Below, piece by piece: positions 38,251 through 55,200 of a DNA stretch of 64,000 bases. Below the pieces are notes generated by a model. The model was not told where the DNA came from. It worked only from the letters and a program-made list of their open reading frames with translations, and searched no databases. Source of the DNA: Tubiluchus corallicola (Eukaryota > Animalia > Priapulida); contig JAQGDQ010000427.1 of NCBI GenBank assembly GCA_030141605.1, positions 1-64,000 of the forward strand, given 5' to 3'. The translations under genes were made by a program, and so were the position numbers. Every line of letters begins with the position of its first letter. Positions within the stretch are counted from its first letter, which is position 1.

Positions 38251-38849
38251 GCAAAATTCGGATCCAATGTTAAAGTGTAGGTCAACACAACCTGTTCTTT
38301 AAAATATTAAAAGGAAACATACTATTTTTTAAAGAATGACTTACTTGAAATAATTATTACCTACACAATCACAATTTCACGTTTGCGCCACTAGTTATTC
38401 GCTGTTACATGCATTTCGCCATTTGATAATTAGACGGGCACTAGCGCCTGCATTTCGGAAAGCGTTGCGCAAAAACAGGTGCTGTACCTCTCAGTTCAGA
38501 TGTGACGAATCGCACACCTTCGACAGCTCATGTGCAGCTTAATTTTTATCTTAAAATTTGCCGTGTTTTAGTACAACACACAGAACTTCTTATAGTAGTA
38601 CTGTACTTCAATTTTATCCCATTCAGTAATTAATTTATTGACTTCATTAACTTTTGCATATTCTTATGCAACAAATTTCTTAGACTCACTAAACATTTTT
38701 GTTAAATTCACACTAAACATACTTTAATTTTAAACTAATTCTTATTATAAACTATCAAATAATTACAATATTAGTATTAATCAAGTATTATAATAATCTT
38801 ATTTGCAATAACAACGAAACAAATTATTTTTTGGAAGTTCAAAATTTAA

Positions 38850-39480
38850 TACGATGGTGCGAATAGAATAATTTAGAACTGAATGTTTCGAAAACAAAAG
38901 AAATTATCGTAGATTTAAGAGAGAAGCCTGGTGGAAAAGCATCTTTACTTATAAATAAAACAGCTGTAGAAATTGTTAAAGAATTTTTAAATTTTCTGGG
39001 AATAAAAATTTCTGATGATCAGGGAAGTTAATGTGACTATTCTGTAAAAAAGGCCCGCCAGCGTCTGTACTTTTTAAGACAACTGACATCATATAACGTT
39101 GTCCCTACTGTGATGGAAAGTTTTTATCGTGCAGTAATTGAGAACGTCTCAACAACATCCCTCACTGTTTGGTACCATGGCGCCACCACACAGTGAGATC
39201 GTAATGCACTTGATCAAATTATTAAATGCGCCTCAAAAATTATAGGAGTTGAACAGCAATCTATAGCATATCTGTATGAAACTAGGGTCACAATGAGAGC
39301 GCAAGTTATCATGAAAGATGAATTCCATCCAGGTAAGAAATATTTCGAAATGCTCCCCTCTGGTCATAGATCCCCTCTGGTCGTAGATTCCGCTCAATTA
39401 ACGCTAAACCCACAAGAACTTTAAATTCTTTCTAACCCGTTGCAATTCGCACCATCAACAGCAAATTTCAGTTATTCTCC
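38850..39480 (+). mobile_element. 5'-truncated Rex1/Babar-type LINE, RT C-terminal region with frameshifts
   Basis: NNLELNVSKTKEIIVD, FLGIKISDD, KKARQRLYFLRQL, FYRAVIE, TVWY, ASKIIG, HPGKKYFEMLPSG. Confidence 0.88.
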
Positions 39481-39589
39481 AATATTAATTCTCTATTTCA
39501 CTGTACAAATGATTGAATTATTTGTGTTAATCTGCTTGCTGTTTCCATAAGTTACTGCAGTACGTAAAACTGCATAAATTTCATTGTAG

Positions 39590-40070
39590 GAATTCTGGGC
39601 GACTCCTTAATAAATTTCGAAAGAATTTCAATGTTCCTTTCGTTAGAAGGCAGCAATGTCCCGAAGCTTATTGTCTTTTTTATTTCGTTTTTTGTGTGAT
39701 TTTTATTTATATTCTCACATTTAATTTTTCAATTTTTGCCCTTACACTTCGGCCAATTCTTACACTTCGCGGGAATACAAATACGAAAATGGTTCTGTAT
39801 AAAGCTGGCACTTTTATACAAACAGCACTATTTGCATTGAAGTATAATCTTGTTCTGTTAGAAAAATCTATATGTTGAAGTATAATGATGTTCTATTAGA
39901 ATATGATGTGAGATTTATTAAAGTTATTGTTTTTACAAAGAAGTTTCAGCGGATTTGATAACACGTAGGCCTAAAATCTTAAACATTTCACTAGTTCAAC
40001 ATGATATCAAATTCCGCGGAGCCATAATCAGATGTTGGTAAACATTCTAATATATCAGGTGTTGCAAAAA
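39590..40070 (-). repeat. partial inverted copy of composite repeat (matches 5020-5300 and 4130-4320)
   Basis: e.g. GATATCAAATTCCGCGGAGCCATAA and CTGTATAAAGCTGGCACTTTTAT. Confidence 0.8.
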
Positions 40071-40084
40071 ACGTGTCGAAATAA

Positions 40085-41810
40085 TGTAATTTGGGTAAGT
40101 TACTGTTATTAGCGTGAAACAAAAGCTCCACTCAATTAGGTCACTTTAAATAATATAACAGGCGTATCTGCTTTGTTCAAGTAAAATTAATTAGGACTAA
40201 TCTATTACCTGACGTACAATCCAATTTTAATGAACTAACATGGATGTGCCCGCAAAATATGCTTAATTACGATAATGGTGGCGTTGATCAACTCGAACAA
40301 AAGAAAAATCCGTGAATTACTTAATTAATCATGAGCGCGGCGAAGTTGAAAGACGTACAACAAGTTTCCTAGTAAAGCAGTTATACATCAAGTATGGCAA
40401 CATTAACGTCTACGCAAGGCCATTGTAACTCATTTAACTCATTTTAGGTCATTCAAAATCAACGAATTCTAAAAAAAATTGGTTTTTTTATTGAATATGT
40501 CTTTGTAGTCATCACAGACATTTTAGCATTGTACAATGAAGTGAATTCTAAGCAGGATTTAAAGAAAAATTAAATTCTAAACTGGTATCCTTTCTATTGA
40601 AACGTCTGGTGTTTTTTATTGGAAGTTTTAGTAAAAAGACAATTTAAAAAACGCTGCAAACTATGATAAGTGGTCAGCGTTTTTCATTGTAAGAATTTAT
40701 TAAAATGTCACAATAGAAACCATTCATTTAACTAATTATTACGTTTTATTAAAACTAAAAAAAGCGATGCTAATATAATCCTGTCAAAATGATCGTTCGT
40801 TGGTGAATGACTCAATAAACCTTGTTTTCTATTCACTGTGCATATTTTTTTAAAGCTGATAGCTTAACTAGTTCATACGGAGATATGGCAGTTTCTAGTT
40901 TTGCCGTATGGCGGTAATGCAATAATGAATTACTGCGTTATTTCTTCATCTGGCAATAAATTATTTAAAAACTGGCTTCCGGGTTAATAAGTCGGAAGCC
41001 ATTGGAATTACTGGAAGTTACCTAGTGAGCTTGAACATATGGCAATTCCTACTTTGAGCTGACGCAATAATGATTTACTGTGTTAATTACTCTTCTGGCA
41101 CTAAATAATTTATGAAACGGCTTCTAGTTTACTTAGTGAAACCAGTGGAATTTGGAGAAGCTGATTAATGGAATCGAGCAATGAGCATATGGCAATTTGT
41201 ACTTTGTTGCTATGGCAGCAATGCAGTAATAAATTAATCCGTTAATTAGTCTTCTGGCACTAAATTATTTAGGAAACGGCTTCTGGTTTAATTAGTGGAA
41301 CAAGTAGAATTAGTGGAATTAGGAGCATTTGGCATCTTCTACTTTAACCTTGTTGTAGTTTTACAATAATGGACTAATGTCTTAATTATTCTTCTTGCCC
41401 TAAACAGGCTTCTGGTTTTTCACATGTTTGAACCATTCGCCAGTTGGCGCCACTTTACAGTTACAGGCAGATGTGTGAGAAACTTTGTTCATTTGTAATT
41501 TTGTCTGCGAAACAAAAAAAACGGAGAGACACGTAATTTGAATTCCCAAGTTTTAACTTAATTAGAAAAAACGCCTAAACTTTGTTTCAGAACGGTAATT
41601 TATGTGGAATTAAAGCTGCTCCTTTAAAGTGGAAGTGTGTTCCTGTTGTATATCTCAGAATGAAATCAAGAACATTACATTAAAGCATTTCTATAATCAT
41701 CGCATAATTATTACGATTCACATTAAAAATAAAGATGCTTATTTATTACATGCATTAGTAAATTGAGAAACATCAGGCCTGCTGCATTATATCATTATAA
41801 TACGGATAAT
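40085..41810 (+). repeat. ~1.7 kb dispersed element, direct copy at ~59100-60800; contains ~4 degenerate 140-155 bp units (40883-41420)
   Basis: Long colinear identity; units start ATATGGCA and contain TCTGGCACTAAA...GGCTTCT. Confidence 0.9.
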
Positions 41811-41954
41811 ATACATTTAATAGTAACAAGAAATGATCTATGAAACTAAACGATTACAGATCATATAATAACAAAAAAACATTATCTTACTGATGATAAA
41901 TAATACTAGTTATTAAGTTAAGTTATTAAGTTACTAAAAACAAGCAGCAATTGG

Positions 41955-42186
<232 letters not shown>

Positions 42187-42204
42187 ATAAGGAGCATATG
42201 ATAA

Positions 42205-43325
42205 TTGATTGATTTTTTGATTTAATTCTTTATTTCAAACATAAGTTCATATTATAATTTACATATATACAACATACAACATCATAAAAACAAAAAACCA
42301 ATACAAACAAATCACATACAAACTTAGATAAACATGAAAATTACAATAATAGTCTCCACCATTGCTGTCTTATGTGCGATGTAAATTTAGCATCGCTTAC
42401 TAAAATTTTCTGGCACATTAAATTATCACTAGTATCAAATCTTTTCATTAAACTTGAGACAGATTTTCTACGTAATACATCAAAATACATCACGTGAATT
42501 TCAACACTCATCTCATGAGCACTGTAATCATATGCATATCCGAAAAATAATCTTTTTGACACATTGTGCGCAATTTTGAGTTTTAAGATATTACCATTAT
42601 TAAAATGTCTCCAAGTAGACATGCAATAGAATGTATTACAGTAAGCATTAAATAAATATCTTTTAACATCAACAGAACAATAGCTGAATTTTCTAATAAG
42701 TTGGTTTGTACGACAGTAGTATAGGGATCTTTGATTAATAATGTCAAGGTCATCACGGTTATCATTTGAAATAATATGTCCCAAATATTTTTCATTATCA
42801 CAGGTACGTAAAACATTATTATCTAGTTTGATGTTACCAAACATAAAATTTCTCATGATGCTTGAATTAACAGACATAAGTTTAGTTTTAGCTACATTGA
42901 TTTTTATGTCATACTGTTCAGCATACAATTTATACACGTCTAGTAGTTGCTGTAGGGCCGTAATCGTTGTTGCTAACAAACAAACATCGTCAGCGTACAT
43001 CAGGTGGTTCATAACCATGTTCGACACATTTCAACCAAGTTGGGTGGATGAAAGCTTAACACTTAGATCTTTAAAATAAAAATTAAAACGAAAAGGTGAC
43101 ATCTTGCCACCTTGGCGTACTCCATTTCCAATAATAAAAGTTGTAGACTGACTATGTCCCCACCTGACAGACATGCCTTGCTGCGTGTAATAAAATGTGA
43201 GCAAACGGATTACAATATTCGGGATTGAAGTCTTTGTGAGTTTAAGAAAAAGCTTGAAGAAATTAACCCTATCAAATGCCTTTGATGCGTCGATAAAAAC
43301 AATGTGAACAGAGCTATCATTAGTT
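42205..43325 (-). mobile_element. 5'-truncated non-LTR retrotransposon (RTE/RTEX-like), RT pseudogene with ORF 43027..42341
   Basis: DASKAFDRVNF, VRWG, NGVRQGG, NHLMYADDVCLL, KYLGHII; frameshift near 43075; 3' AATAAA and (AATC)-like tail at ~42205-42235. Clade is inferred. Confidence 0.9.
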
Positions 43326-43330
43326 AACGT

Positions 43331-43393
<63 letters not shown>

Positions 43394-44344
43394 AATAAAA
43401 ATATATTACGTCTTACTTTCGCTTTCTGTCTTTTATCTAGGTGTTAAATAATTTTAGATAAAAGTCTAGTGTTGAAAAACAATTCTTCTCTCACTAAATA
43501 ATAAGCTGAGGTAAAACCTCCAACAGATTCTTAATCACTAACAAAGGCATGTTATCCATAGAGTTAATGCTTTTTTACATAGCAAGCAGCCCATCACACG
43601 GTCTGCTAGCTTCCTTTCTCGGGAAGAAAAGTAAGACTTTACTTACCAGAAAACTGAAGAAGTATTTGCAAGTACATAATATGAACTTATTGCTACAACT
43701 ACTTTTCGTTTTCATGATGTGTTTTTAGTTTCTTTTAAACTAATGATTGCTTTTCTGTGAGATATTCTTTTTTATTAAATACACAAAAGTGATTTTGGCT
43801 TATCAAAATTGCGCGTATCCTGACACTATTAGTGCATTAAAACATCATCATCATCCAGTGAATCACACGTACAGTGACTGATTCTGCTCACCTCCCTATG
43901 TATTATTAATATAGTCAATGTGCTGCTCAAAAGCTTTCAATCTTCCGCCGTATGATGCCGCCAGCGTAGCCGCTAATAGCACGCACACACAAACACACAC
44001 ACACACACACACACATACACACTTTCTACACTACAGTTTCCCATGATGTAAAAAAACAGCATGTAAATAAGAATCCATCCAAATGCAAAGTGATCATCAT
44101 GCAGTTTACAAGTAGCTCCACCTCGTGTGTGACCTTGCACTAAATCCGCATCACAACTTTGTTTAACTTTACACACAGCTTCAATCTTTAATGAGAATTT
44201 GATGTAATGTTGGAGTATCTGCCTCGAATATCTTCTGATAAAGACATGTTTGTACAGTGGGCTACACCACCACGCTACGCCCGTTTTTCTGGACCCATGT
44301 CGGTTATCATACTTATACTAACATATAGCAGGCATCGACTTTTT

Positions 44345-47245
<2,901 letters not shown>

Positions 47246-47249
47246 ACAA

Positions 47250-48976
47250 GAAAGGGTAAACAGGCAGCAATGCGGGAAATGTGGGAAAATTTTAGCGCGG
47301 AATTTTAGCGCATTTTGCAAGAGGCTTTCTAGAAAAAAACCTTTGTTTCATGTTAATGGTCTAAGAAAGGGTAAACAGGCGGTATTGCAGGAAATGTGGG
47401 AAAATTTTAGCGCGATAGTTTAGCGCATTTTACACGAGGATTTCTAGAAAAAAACCTTTGTTTTATGTTAATGGTTTAAGAAAGGGTAAACAGGCGGTAT
47501 TGCAGGAAATGTGGGAAAATTTTAGCGCGAAATTTTAGCGCATTTTACACGAGGCTTTCTAGAAAAAAAACTTTGTTTCATGTTAATGGTTTAAGAAAGG
47601 GTAAACAGGCAGTATTGCGGGAAATGCGGGAAAATTTTAGCGCATTTTACGAGAGGCTTTCTAGAAAAAAACTTTGTTTCATGTTAATGGTTTAAGAAAG
47701 GGTACACAGGCAGTATTGCGGGAAATGTGGGAAAATTTTAGCGCGAAATTTTAGCGCATTTTACACGAGGATTTCTAGAAAAGACCTTCGTTTCATGTTA
47801 ATGGTTTAAGAAAGGGTAAACAGGCAGCAATGCGGGAAATGTGGGAAAATTTTAGCGCGAAATTTTAGCGCATTTTGCAAGAGGCTTGCTTTCTAGAAAA
47901 AAACCTTTGTTTCATGTTAATTGTTTAAGAAAGGGTAAACAGGCAGTATTGCGGAAAATGCGGGAAAATTTTAGCGCATTTTACAAGAGTCTTTCTAGAA
48001 AAAAACCTTTGTTTCATGTTAATGGTTTAAGAAAGGGTAAACAGGCAGTATTGCTGGAAATGTGGGAAAATTTTAGCGCATTTTGCAAGAGGCTTTCTAG
48101 AAAAAAACCTTTGTTTCATGTTAATCGTTTAAGAAAGGGTAAACAGGCGGTATTGCAGAAAATGTGGGAAAATTTTAGCGCGAAATTTTAGCGCATTTTA
48201 CACGAGGCCTTCTAGAAAAAAACCTTTGTTTCATGTTAATGGTTTAAGATAGGGTAAACAGGCAGTGTTGCGGGAAATGCGGAAAAAATTTTGCGCGAAA
48301 TTTTACACGAGACTTTCTAAAAAAGTCCTTTGCTTCATGTTAATGGTTTAAGAAAGGGTGAACAGTCAGTATTGCGGGAAATGCGGGAAAATTTTAGCGC
48401 ATTTTACACGAGGCTTTCTAGAAAAAAGCCTTTGTTTCATGTTAATGGTTAAGAAAAGGTAAACAGGCAGTATTGGAGGAAATGAGGGAAAATTTTAGCG
48501 CATTTTACGCGAGGATTTCTAGAAAAAAAGCCTTTTTCATGTTAATGGTTTAAGAAAGGGTAAACAGGCAGTATTACAGGAAATGCGGGAAAATTTTAGG
48601 GCATTTTACACAAGACTTTCTAGAAAAAAACCTCTGTTTCATGTTAATGGTTTAAGAAAGGGTAAATAGGCAGTATTTCAGGAAATGCGGGAAAATTTTA
48701 GCGCATTTTACACAAACCTTTCTAGAAAAAGACTTTGTTTCATGTTAATGGTTTAAGAAAGGTAGACAGGCAGTATTGCGGGAAATGCGGAAAAATTTTA
48801 GCGCATTTTACACGAGGATTCCTAGAAAAAAGCCTTTGTTTCATGTTAATGGTTTAAGAAAGGGTAAACAGGCAGTATTGCGGGAAATGCGGAAAATTTT
48901 AGCGCATTTTACACGAGGCTTTCTAGAAAAAATCCTTTGTTTCATGTTAATGGTTTAAAAAAGGGTAAACAGGCGG
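47250..48976 (-). repeat. 115/102-bp satellite array, inverted relative to 11512-13752, about 16 units
   Basis: Unit GGTAAACAGGCAGTATTGCGGGAAATGCGGGAAAATTTTAGCGC...; more 102-bp variants. Confidence 0.97.
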
Positions 48977-51225
48977 TAAAACCGTAAACATTTCAACAAA
49001 TTGTCTAATTATCATTGAAAATGCGTAAAAATCAGACCCAATTTTACAGAAACGCTGGGAAAAGTAAAATTAAACACAAAACTAAATATTTTTTTATTTT
49101 GGCTGGCGTGAAATATATTGGTTGGTTCATTGCCTGTTATTTAAATGTAATGACTAGAAACCACAGATCATTTCAGTTGTGGTTTTAGCTAAGCTGGTTT
49201 CTAAAGTAGTACAGCTTTCTCTTGCACCAAGTTTGTCAATCCAAAGTCTTACATTAACATGATCTTGTAATCAAATTTGCTTACATTTATGACACTGTTT
49301 ATAGATACTTGAAAATCGTTACCCATTGATTGTTGATTGTTAGGTCATACTTTCGATAATGAGGTAGTTGGATTAGTCTTGGCTTTATTGTGCTGATTCT
49401 GATTAAGTGGCTTACTCTGTTTATCTGGCACAATGTAAAGTAAATAACGAAGCAGTTCTCAAACGTTTGTGGTGCGCTAGATTCTAAAAGTTATTTAGCA
49501 ATTTTTGGCATTTGTCAGGCTAATTTGTATTCATTTAAATAATTAATAGCGGATAAATCGCAACTGTTAATTTTGTACTAAAATCACTCTCATAAACTCG
49601 TGTTGGATTAATGTGTAGCCACTTTGTATAGTTTTAGTTCACACCGTTCTTTACTGTAACATTATCACCATTAATATCAATTCATTATCATTGTCATCAA
49701 CAACATCGTCAATATCGTTTTCTCGCATCTGTTTGCTTCGCTCCATTTAACGTCCTTTTTTAGTTGTTGTTTATGTCATTAATTTAGTCATTAATCCATG
49801 CTGAGCATAGCTCATAAGTTAATTTCTTCTGCTGCACTCATAGCACCACAATGCTCTGTTAATTAGTAATTGTATAACTTTTTTGCATTGTGCTAAATGG
49901 ATGAATAAATAAATTTAAATCTAGACAGCTCATGCTTCTGAAACTCGGTAATGTAATAAAAACCTCATTTAATAATAATAATTTCTGATTATTTTGACTC
50001 ATTTCGGTTCAGAATTTCTCATTTTGCTCGACTGTTTCTCACAAATTATTGAATTCACAAAGTAATTCACGTAAATACTGGCGATTACTTGAAACCACAG
50101 AAAACAATAATAATTTTACGTAAAAATGGCGTTTGCAGTCATCCATTATTCTTTCTGCGCCCTACATGTGGGCAACCTTCTCATCATAGGTACGACTATT
50201 AGACAAAGGCTGTACAGTCAGCAACGACTTACAGTTTTCCATTTTCAGAATTGAGCACGATGCTTTCTAACACAATTCATAACTATTTAGCTTAGAACAT
50301 TCTGGTTGGCGGCTATTATTGTTTAAACGCTTGTTAAACCACAGAAATTTTCCATTGTTTGTGAAACTCATTATATCCCCAAAAATATAATTTTTCATTT
50401 ATAAAGTGAACTACATATAATGCAAGTAATGAAACTACATCTAGAATGCATTAAGTAAGAAGCAGATATTTCATCCCAAGCCGAACAATCTTGAACTTAT
50501 TCGTTTGATTTTTTTATTAAAAAACGTATCGCAAAGATAAACAAGCAAACGTACAAAATGTACCAGTACTGGCATTATATAGCAAAATACTCCCAAAATA
50601 TTTTGTTCATTAAACAGATTTATAATCAATAATGCACGAACATTCCACATAGCGTGTATGGCTATTAATTTTGGCGAAGGTAATAGACTGACAAATATAT
50701 ACGTATTTACATACCAATAGGGCTATTCGCACTAATAATCAAATAGACGGCATTACACAATTTTACAAGCGAGAATTTCTGGAAATGGAGCCTGGAATTA
50801 ACTCCTAGTTGTTTGTCAAAGTGGAGATAATAAACAAAGAAGTACTAAACATCTCTCTGAAACCTCCACTAAGTGCTTCACGAATGTATTTCTGTACGTG
50901 GTGGTTCGGTCAAGTTTCACTAAAAAACAACCAGGTAAAAGATTCCCATTTTGGCATCCTGTACCCGATTTCTCCACAAATTTCCTGAAATCTATTAGGC
51001 AGCATTTGCGTAACAGGTTTACTGCCATGTCAGGCAAAATACAAACAAAGAAACAGACAAACAAACCAACAACCCGTGTTGAAGCATAACTTCCTTGACA
51101 GAGGTAAAAAATAGTAACTGAAAAATTATCCCCTTTAACCCAAAGTTTTAGTAAGTCGCCGTTTTCATTTATTCCTGTGCCATTTTTGTTTTGTGCCATT
51201 TATACTTATGCCACTTTTTCCTGTG

Positions 51226-51264
<39 letters not shown>

Positions 51265-51379
51265 AACAGCAAAACCTCAAGTCCTGTATGTAAAAATGCA
51301 ACATAGAAACATATGGTGGTAATACCGGTGAGGCAATCGTTTCATTTGTAGATGCCAATACAGATTCCTGCTGAATTTT

Positions 51380-51555
51380 CTAAATGATCTGTGGCCGCCT
51401 GATGTCGTTTTCATATTCAACTCGTTTTCTTTTCCTGTTTTGTCTGTTTTCATACGTTTCTGATTTCTGCTCCTGGAGTCGTTTCTTGGGAGATTTGACG
51501 TGGCAGAAAACAGAGGGTGCATAATCTGGAGAAAGAGGATTGTCACTCTTCTTAC
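51380..51555 (-). pseudogene. orphan copy of THAP-A exon 2
   Basis: GKKSDNPLSPDYAPSVFCHVKSPKKRLQEQ...; acceptor retained, exon 1 not found upstream in this copy. Confidence 0.8.
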
Positions 51556-51984
51556 CTGTGAAAGAACAAACTAAAATAGAGTTTAATTTGTAGTTTAGTT
51601 GTGTTACATCTATAATAATGTGGGCCTGCCATTTGAATTTAACATTAAACATAATCATTTTGAGATTGAAAACTAGTGTACTAAAGTTAGAGATACACAA
51701 AATGAATGCCAAGTTTTTGCTGTTACAACTATTTAACTATAAAATAAATAACCAAAGCAGACTGGCTTATTTCTAGCATTGCAAATTGTAATTAACGTTA
51801 ATGGAGAAAGAAGTTCTGCTTAACTGAATTTATTTAAAGGTCCTATGACAGTATTTTTATGCTACTTTCTTTTATAGGGCAGGCGGATTTACATATTTCT
51901 TAACTTTTAAGGCAGTTCTGATGCGTACTTTTATGTGATATTGCTACTTAATTGCGCGCCGTAGGCCCTGCAGACAATATTACG

Positions 51985-52275
51985 TGCCATGACACTCAAT
52001 ACTGTGACATCACGTCAGGTTGAGCTTACTGAGAGCTAGTATCAGTAGACAACCAGCCTGCCATGACATTCAATGCTATGACATCGCGTCAGGTAGAGCT
52101 CACTGAGAGGTACTACAGTAAACAACCTGCCTGCCATGACACTCAATGCAATGACGTCACGTCAGGTGGAGCTTACTGAGAGTTAGTGCAGTAGAGAACC
52201 TGCTCGCCATGACACTCAATGCTATAAAATCACGTCAGGTAGAGCTTACTGAGAGCTAGTACAGTAGACAACTGG
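51985..52275 (-). repeat. 73-bp array, about 4 diverged units
   Basis: Reverse complement of the 7783 unit with the same flanks. Confidence 0.9.
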
Positions 52276-53469
52276 CGGCCACAGCAGGCAGAGTACTATG
52301 AACAGAGCGGTTATTGCCGAGTAATGATTTATCTATTAATTCCTTGCGGCATTCCTTACAGTTGTTCCTTACGGCACGTGACTTCCGCTTGCTTTACTCC
52401 ACTTTACAAAGCAGATTTGGTTACGAGTGCAACAAATTACAGATCTAGTGAGTTTGGTGTCCATAGCTTGCTAGGCTTATGAGTCTTTAAGTATTAAATT
52501 TGCGGAGAATATGCAATAATAACTCAATAGAAAACAGTAAGATTTTGCTAAGCTGTTTCTCAATAAATAAATAACTGGATGAAAAACAGAAAAATCTTAA
52601 TTACAGGTGTTAATCTAGAACCAGGGGACAGGCTTCACAGCAACCATTACTGGAAAGTAGGTAGAGGGTAAGCAGGCCAGTCGCGAGCAGAACATTTAAA
52701 AAACTCGTACTAGATGGCAGCAGCTTGCAACAACTACACAAATAGCAACTCCGACTGTTACAAACGGCAAGCGATCATACATGTGCGAAACCACTACACT
52801 TGTAGACGTTAATTTATAAGATTAATCAAGGTAAATTGGCAGATCCAACTTACGGTTTTCTTTTAATCTAAGTAAATAATCCATCAGGATGGTTTCTTCT
52901 TGTCATGAATCTTGTTTTTTCATGAGGAATCAGTAAAAGTTCATTCAAACCGAATCATAAAATGATATCCAACTCTAGAATAAATATCAACGTGTATCAT
53001 TACATCAGTTGAATTAAATCTGATGAATAAATAACTGCTTAATGCAGAAGTCAAGTATCAACTGAAAAACTGGTCAAAAAAGAAGTTCGCAGCTTTAGCA
53101 AGTATCAGTTCATCATTCACATTTTGTTTGAAAAAGTAGTATTGATTGGATAGATTACTGTATAAGCTCACTATAATTACCCCCTTCTGGACTTTAACAA
53201 AATTCACAACATATTCGGCTACTCGCGAAAATGCGCGAAAATTATGAGACGAACTCGTGGCTCCCTCTTGCGGTAAACTTTCACGAGACCACTTCTGGCT
53301 GCGATCAGTGTAACAAATGCAGCTTCCGATACTCGCAAGAATACGCGAAAATGATGAAACTAAACTCATGGCTCCCTCTTGCGATAAAAATTGGAATGAT
53401 CACTAAGATCAGTGTAACAAATGTAACTTCTAGTGCGAGAACCACTTCACCTGGAAAAGGTAATATCGC

Positions 53470-55200
<1,731 letters not shown>

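Larger units (their letters stand above)
48977..52395 (-). repeat. inverted duplicate of ~7715-11500 (plus 6645-6680)
   Basis: Continuous reverse-complement similarity; ORFs 9598/50816 and 9651/50898 are near-identical translations. Confidence 0.93.
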
